A stretch of DNA of 64,000 nucleotides from positions 1-64,000 of the forward strand of contig JBGANF010000010.1 of NCBI GenBank assembly GCA_044222475.1, given 5' to 3'. Shown here in pieces: positions 60,913 to 64,000 of this stretch. The position numbers and the translations under genes were made by a program. Numbering within the stretch: position 1 is the first letter of the stretch; every line of letters starts with the position of its first letter. Below the pieces are notes generated by a model. That model was not told where the DNA came from. It worked only from the letters and a program-made list of their open reading frames with translations, and ran no database searches. Origin of the DNA: Polyangiaceae bacterium (lineage in GTDB: Bacteria > Myxococcota_A > Polyangia > Polyangiales > Polyangiaceae).

Positions 60913-62373
60913 ATGCGAAGAGTCTTCGTCGCCGTGTTGGGTGTGGCCATCGGCTGTGGCAGCGCGGACGGGAGCGCTCCCGCCCCGCCGAAGGGCGACG
61001 GCGGCGAGACGACCGACGCGCCGGTCCCCGAGGTCGACGCCGAAGCCCCCGCGGTCGACGCCGCCAAGGTTCCCCCTCCTCCGGTCGACCGGCCGGCGAT
61101 CGGCTGCGGCGACCCGCTCGAGTCGGTGTACGTCGCGCCTCAAGTCATGCCGCCGATGAGCTCGGCGCTTCGCGGCGACGTGGTGCGTTGCGCCGCCAAG
61201 GGAGATCTCACGATCCAAGAAGCGAGCGACCGCCTGACCGCGAAGGGCGTGAGCATCAAGGCGACGTTCGGCGTGCACGAGTACCGCATCGCGTTCCGCA
61301 CGCTGAAGAGCGACGGCTCGGCCGGCATCTCGACGGCCCGCGTGCTGCTCCCCGACACGAAGGCCCCGGTCGACGACGCGGTGCTCGTCGCCCATCCGAC
61401 CGACGGCATCGCCGACGGGTGCGCGCCCTCGAAGAATGACGGCGCGAACGACGAGCTCGCGCTCGCCTGGGCCGCGCTCGGGCGGCCGGTGATCGTCCCG
61501 GACTACGTCGGCCTCGGCAACGACGGCGTCCAGGCCTACCTCGACAACCGCGAGCAAGGACAGACCGTGCTCGACGCGGGGCGCGCGCTCGACGATCTCC
61601 TCGCCCACGGTGCGTTCGGAAAACTGCTCGTCGTCGGGTACAGCCAAGGCGGCGGCGCCGCGCTGAGCGCGCAGGCGCTGGAGAAGACGTACGGCACCAG
61701 CGGCAAGCTCGTCGGCGTCGTCGCGTTCGCGCCGGAGTGGCCCATCGACGCCAAGTCGTTCGGCTACGTCGACATCCTCGCGAACCCGACGAAGCTCACG
61801 GTGATGACGGGCCTGTCCAAGAGCTCCATCGCCGTCATGCGCTCGTACGCGTACTACGCCAACCGCGTCGGCCTCGGACACGCGGCCGACGGGTTCCCGG
61901 CCGGCAACCGGGCGAGCTTCCAGAACGCGATCGACAGCCTGTGCCTCATCCCGCTCGGCGGGTACCTCCAAGGGACGGCGTTCACGGTGGGCGATCTCGT
62001 CGACCCGACCCTGCGCACGTCGCTCCTCTCCTGCATTCAGTCGAACGGCGCGGCCTGCAGCGAGCCGGGCAAGAGCTTCTACGGGTTTCTCCAGCAGAAC
62101 GTGCTCGTCAGCGACCCGAGCGGGGCGCCGGTCGTCATCGTGCAGGGCATGCTCGATCAGATCTTGCCGGCGGCCGAGGAGGCGGCGTGCATCCGCGACA
62201 AGATGATCGCCGACGGCCGCGCGCCCGAGCTGTGCATCGACGGAACGGCGACCCACCAGAGCATCGTCTCTACGCAGGGCGACTTCGCGATGAAGTGGGG
62301 CACCGCCGTGTTCGGCGGCGCACCGCACCCGGCGTGTGCGCAGAACAAGCTCCCGGCGTGCAGCCGGCCCTGA
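60913..62373 (+). CDS. Secretory lipase (LIP family) alpha/beta hydrolase, lipoprotein
   Basis: Lipobox IGC, AHPT.G....CAPS, PDY.GLG, GYSQGG nucleophile elbow, QG..D, H. Confidence 0.85.
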   Translation: MRRVFVAVLGVAIGCGSADGSAPAPPKGDGGETTDAPVPEVDAEAPAVDAAKVPPPPVDRPAIGCGDPLESVYVAPQVMPPMSSALRGDVVRCAAKGDLTIQEASDRLTAKGVSIKATFGVHEYRIAFRTLKSDGSAGISTARVLLPDTKAPVDDAVLVAHPTDGIADGCAPSKNDGANDELALAWAALGRPVIVPDYVGLGNDGVQAYLDNREQGQTVLDAGRALDDLLAHGAFGKLLVVGYSQGGGAALSAQALEKTYGTSGKLVGVVAFAPEWPIDAKSFGYVDILANPTKLTVMTGLSKSSIAVMRSYAYYANRVGLGHAADGFPAGNRASFQNAIDSLCLIPLGGYLQGTAFTVGDLVDPTLRTSLLSCIQSNGAACSEPGKSFYGFLQQNVLVSDPSGAPVVIVQGMLDQILPAAEEAACIRDKMIADGRAPELCIDGTATHQSIVSTQGDFAMKWGTAVFGGAPHPACAQNKLPACSRP

Positions 62374-62419
62374 TCGTCGTCCGCGTAGACCGATCGTCGT
62401 CCCGGTACGTCCTAGGGCC

Positions 62420-62857
62420 ATGCGCGTGGGCCTGGTCTCGGTGCTCGTCGTGTCACTCGTCGCGTGCCGAGAGACGTCCGTCGCGAGCACGCCTGCACCG
62501 GATGCGTCGGCCTCGGCTTCGACGTCCGCCACCGCGACCGCGGCGTCCGTACCCGAGGCCGGACCGGCGCTCGATGCGTCGAGCGCGCTCGATGTCGCGC
62601 GAACCCGCGATGCAGCGAGCGCCCGCCCTGTCGCGACCGTCGACTCGGGCGGGGCGGTCCAGGCGCCGACGCGATCGGCGGCTGGATTCGGCAAGCATGG
62701 CGACGTATGCGCCTACGGCGCGCGGTCGGGTCCACACCTGGATGCTCCGCCTCCGTGTGGGCCGGGACTCTTCTGCTGCTATCCGTGCGGGATCGAAGGC
62801 TGCGATTCGGTCTGCCATACGGAGAGCGAGTGCAACGCGGACCGCACGCGTCCCTGA
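62420..62857 (+). CDS. Small lipoprotein with C-terminal Cys-rich domain
   Basis: Lipobox LVAC, Ala/Ser linker, C..GL.CCYPCGI.GCDSVC. Confidence 0.7.
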   Translation: MRVGLVSVLVVSLVACRETSVASTPAPDASASASTSATATAASVPEAGPALDASSALDVARTRDAASARPVATVDSGGAVQAPTRSAAGFGKHGDVCAYGARSGPHLDAPPPCGPGLFCCYPCGIEGCDSVCHTESECNADRTRP

Positions 62858-62922
62858 GACGACCGGCTCGACCGAGAAGTGGTCCACTTCCGCGCGTTCG
62901 CGTTAGAACGGCGACGATACTC

Positions 62923-63657
62923 ATGTGCCGCCTCCTCGGCATCGTCGCGTCCCAGCCGGTCGACTTCGGCGCTCTACTCGCCGCGCGGCCACGGTCCCTC
63001 GCCGCGCTCGGGGAGGAGCACAAGGACGGGTGGGGCCTCGCCTCGTTCGCGCGCGGCCGGTGGCAGGTTCACAAGGGGACGCGCGCCGCGTCGCGTGATG
63101 CACGCTTCCACCAGCGCGCGCTCGCGCTGCGCGGAGAGCTCCTCGTCTCCCACGTTCGCAAGCGCACCGTCGGTGCCACCCGGATCGCCAACTCGCACCC
63201 GTTCGCGTCCGATGGCTGGGTCTTCGCCCACAACGGGACCATCGAAGATCGGTCCTGGGTCGCGTCGCAGGTTTCGCCGACGCGCGCAGCCGGGATCCGC
63301 GGCGACACCGACAGCGAGCTCTTCTTCGCGTGGGTGCTCACCAGGCTCGACGCGGTAGGCGTCGCCGATCGCCCGGCGACACGCGAGACCGATGCGGTGG
63401 TGGCCGATCTCGCCGCGGAGTGCCGCGAGCGACCGCAGTTCGGCTCGCTCAACTTCCTCTTGAGCAACGGAGCGAGCTGCTACGTCCACCGCTTCGGGCG
63501 CAGCCTCTTTCTCCTCGAGCGCGGCGGACGCGAACGAAAGCCCGCCGTGTTCGTCGCTTCGGAGCGAATGACCGACGAGAGATGGTCGGAAGTCGAAGAC
63601 AAGAAGCTCATCCGCATCGACGGCGGCAAGGCCCCCCGCGCGACGCGGATTGGTTGA
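62923..63657 (+). CDS. Class II glutamine amidotransferase (YafJ/EgtC-like)
   Basis: MCRLLG N-terminal nucleophile, DGWG, SHVR, NSHPF, FAHNG, GDTDSE, ASE. Confidence 0.88.
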   Translation: MCRLLGIVASQPVDFGALLAARPRSLAALGEEHKDGWGLASFARGRWQVHKGTRAASRDARFHQRALALRGELLVSHVRKRTVGATRIANSHPFASDGWVFAHNGTIEDRSWVASQVSPTRAAGIRGDTDSELFFAWVLTRLDAVGVADRPATRETDAVVADLAAECRERPQFGSLNFLLSNGASCYVHRFGRSLFLLERGGRERKPAVFVASERMTDERWSEVEDKKLIRIDGGKAPRATRIG

Positions 63658-63723
63658 GCACGTCGCACTGAAGCTCCGGGGCGCCCTGTTGACCGACGCG
63701 CGTTGCTGGCCGATGCTTCGCCC

Positions 63724-64000
63724 GTGCTCCCTTCGCTCGAAAAAGCCGAGACCGACGGCCGGCGCGCACGCGCCGTCCGAACCCGAGGGGCGATCGTCGG
63801 CGCGCTCCTCGACCTCGTGCGCGAGGGAAACCTGGCGCCCACCGCGAAGGAGATCGCCGTTCGCGCCGGAGTGGCCATTCGTTCGATCGGTCAGCACTTC
63901 CCTTCGCGAGAGAAGCTGTTCTTCGCCGCCGCCGCGGAGCACGCGCGTCGTTCGGCCGGCGTCGCCAAGAAGCCGCCGTCGATCGGGCGCATCGAAGAGC
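63724..64000 (+). CDS. TetR-family regulator, 3'-truncated by the window edge
   Basis: Manual translation: DGRRARAVRTRGAIVGALLDLVREGNLAPTAKEIAVRAGVAIRSIGQHFPSREKL (TetR HTH). Confidence 0.8.
   Translation, partial: MLPSLEKAETDGRRARAVRTRGAIVGALLDLVREGNLAPTAKEIAVRAGVAIRSIGQHFPSREKLFFAAAAEHARRSAGVAKKPPSIGRIEE

Noticed and set aside
62700..62730. Second CAYG motif in the lipoprotein at 62420-62857 as another splicease substrate
   Set aside because: It lacks the following x-P-P and the Zn-ribbon leader, sits inside a Cys-rich domain, and is 58 kb from the rSAM gene.
44433..63657. Ergothioneine pathway (EgtE-like lyase plus EgtC-like amidotransferase)
   Set aside because: The genes are 17 kb apart, no egtB or egtD is in the window, and both families are functionally broad.

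Overview
A very GC-rich, densely coding 64 kb bacterial chromosomal segment. Gene content points to a myxobacterium, probably Polyangiaceae/Labilithrix-like (inferred from three Hanks Ser/Thr kinases, an FHA protein, PilB/PilT, Kelch/RCC1/Cys-rich lipoproteins with Asp-Ala-Gly linkers, and sigma54 promoters). About 58 CDSs can be supported. I saw no tRNA, rRNA, CRISPR array, transposase or integrase. Gene order looks shuffled: pilB and pilT are 39 kb apart with no pilC, groEL has no groES, and the MlaF-like ATPase and DNA methyltransferase are orphans. Most notable: (1) a PlpX/splicease-like radical SAM-SPASM gene translationally coupled to a small Zn-ribbon/lipobox protein carrying C-A-Y-G-L-P-P, a candidate backbone-spliced (beta-amino acid) lipoprotein system; (2) a cobalamin riboswitch whose first 58 nt are exactly duplicated upstream around a 121-bp three-hairpin cassette, in front of a BtuH-like lipoprotein that converges on a TonB-dependent receptor operon; (3) a cryptic or broken GNLAPPP acidic peptide ORF directly before a diiron ferritin-like enzyme; (4) a sigma54-type operon of disulfide-ladder Cys-repeat lipoproteins with a Ser/Thr kinase; (5) a frameshifted hybrid histidine kinase; (6) a MarR gene with a perfect 22-bp 4xGATC palindrome. 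All calls come from manual motif recognition; no database searches were run.
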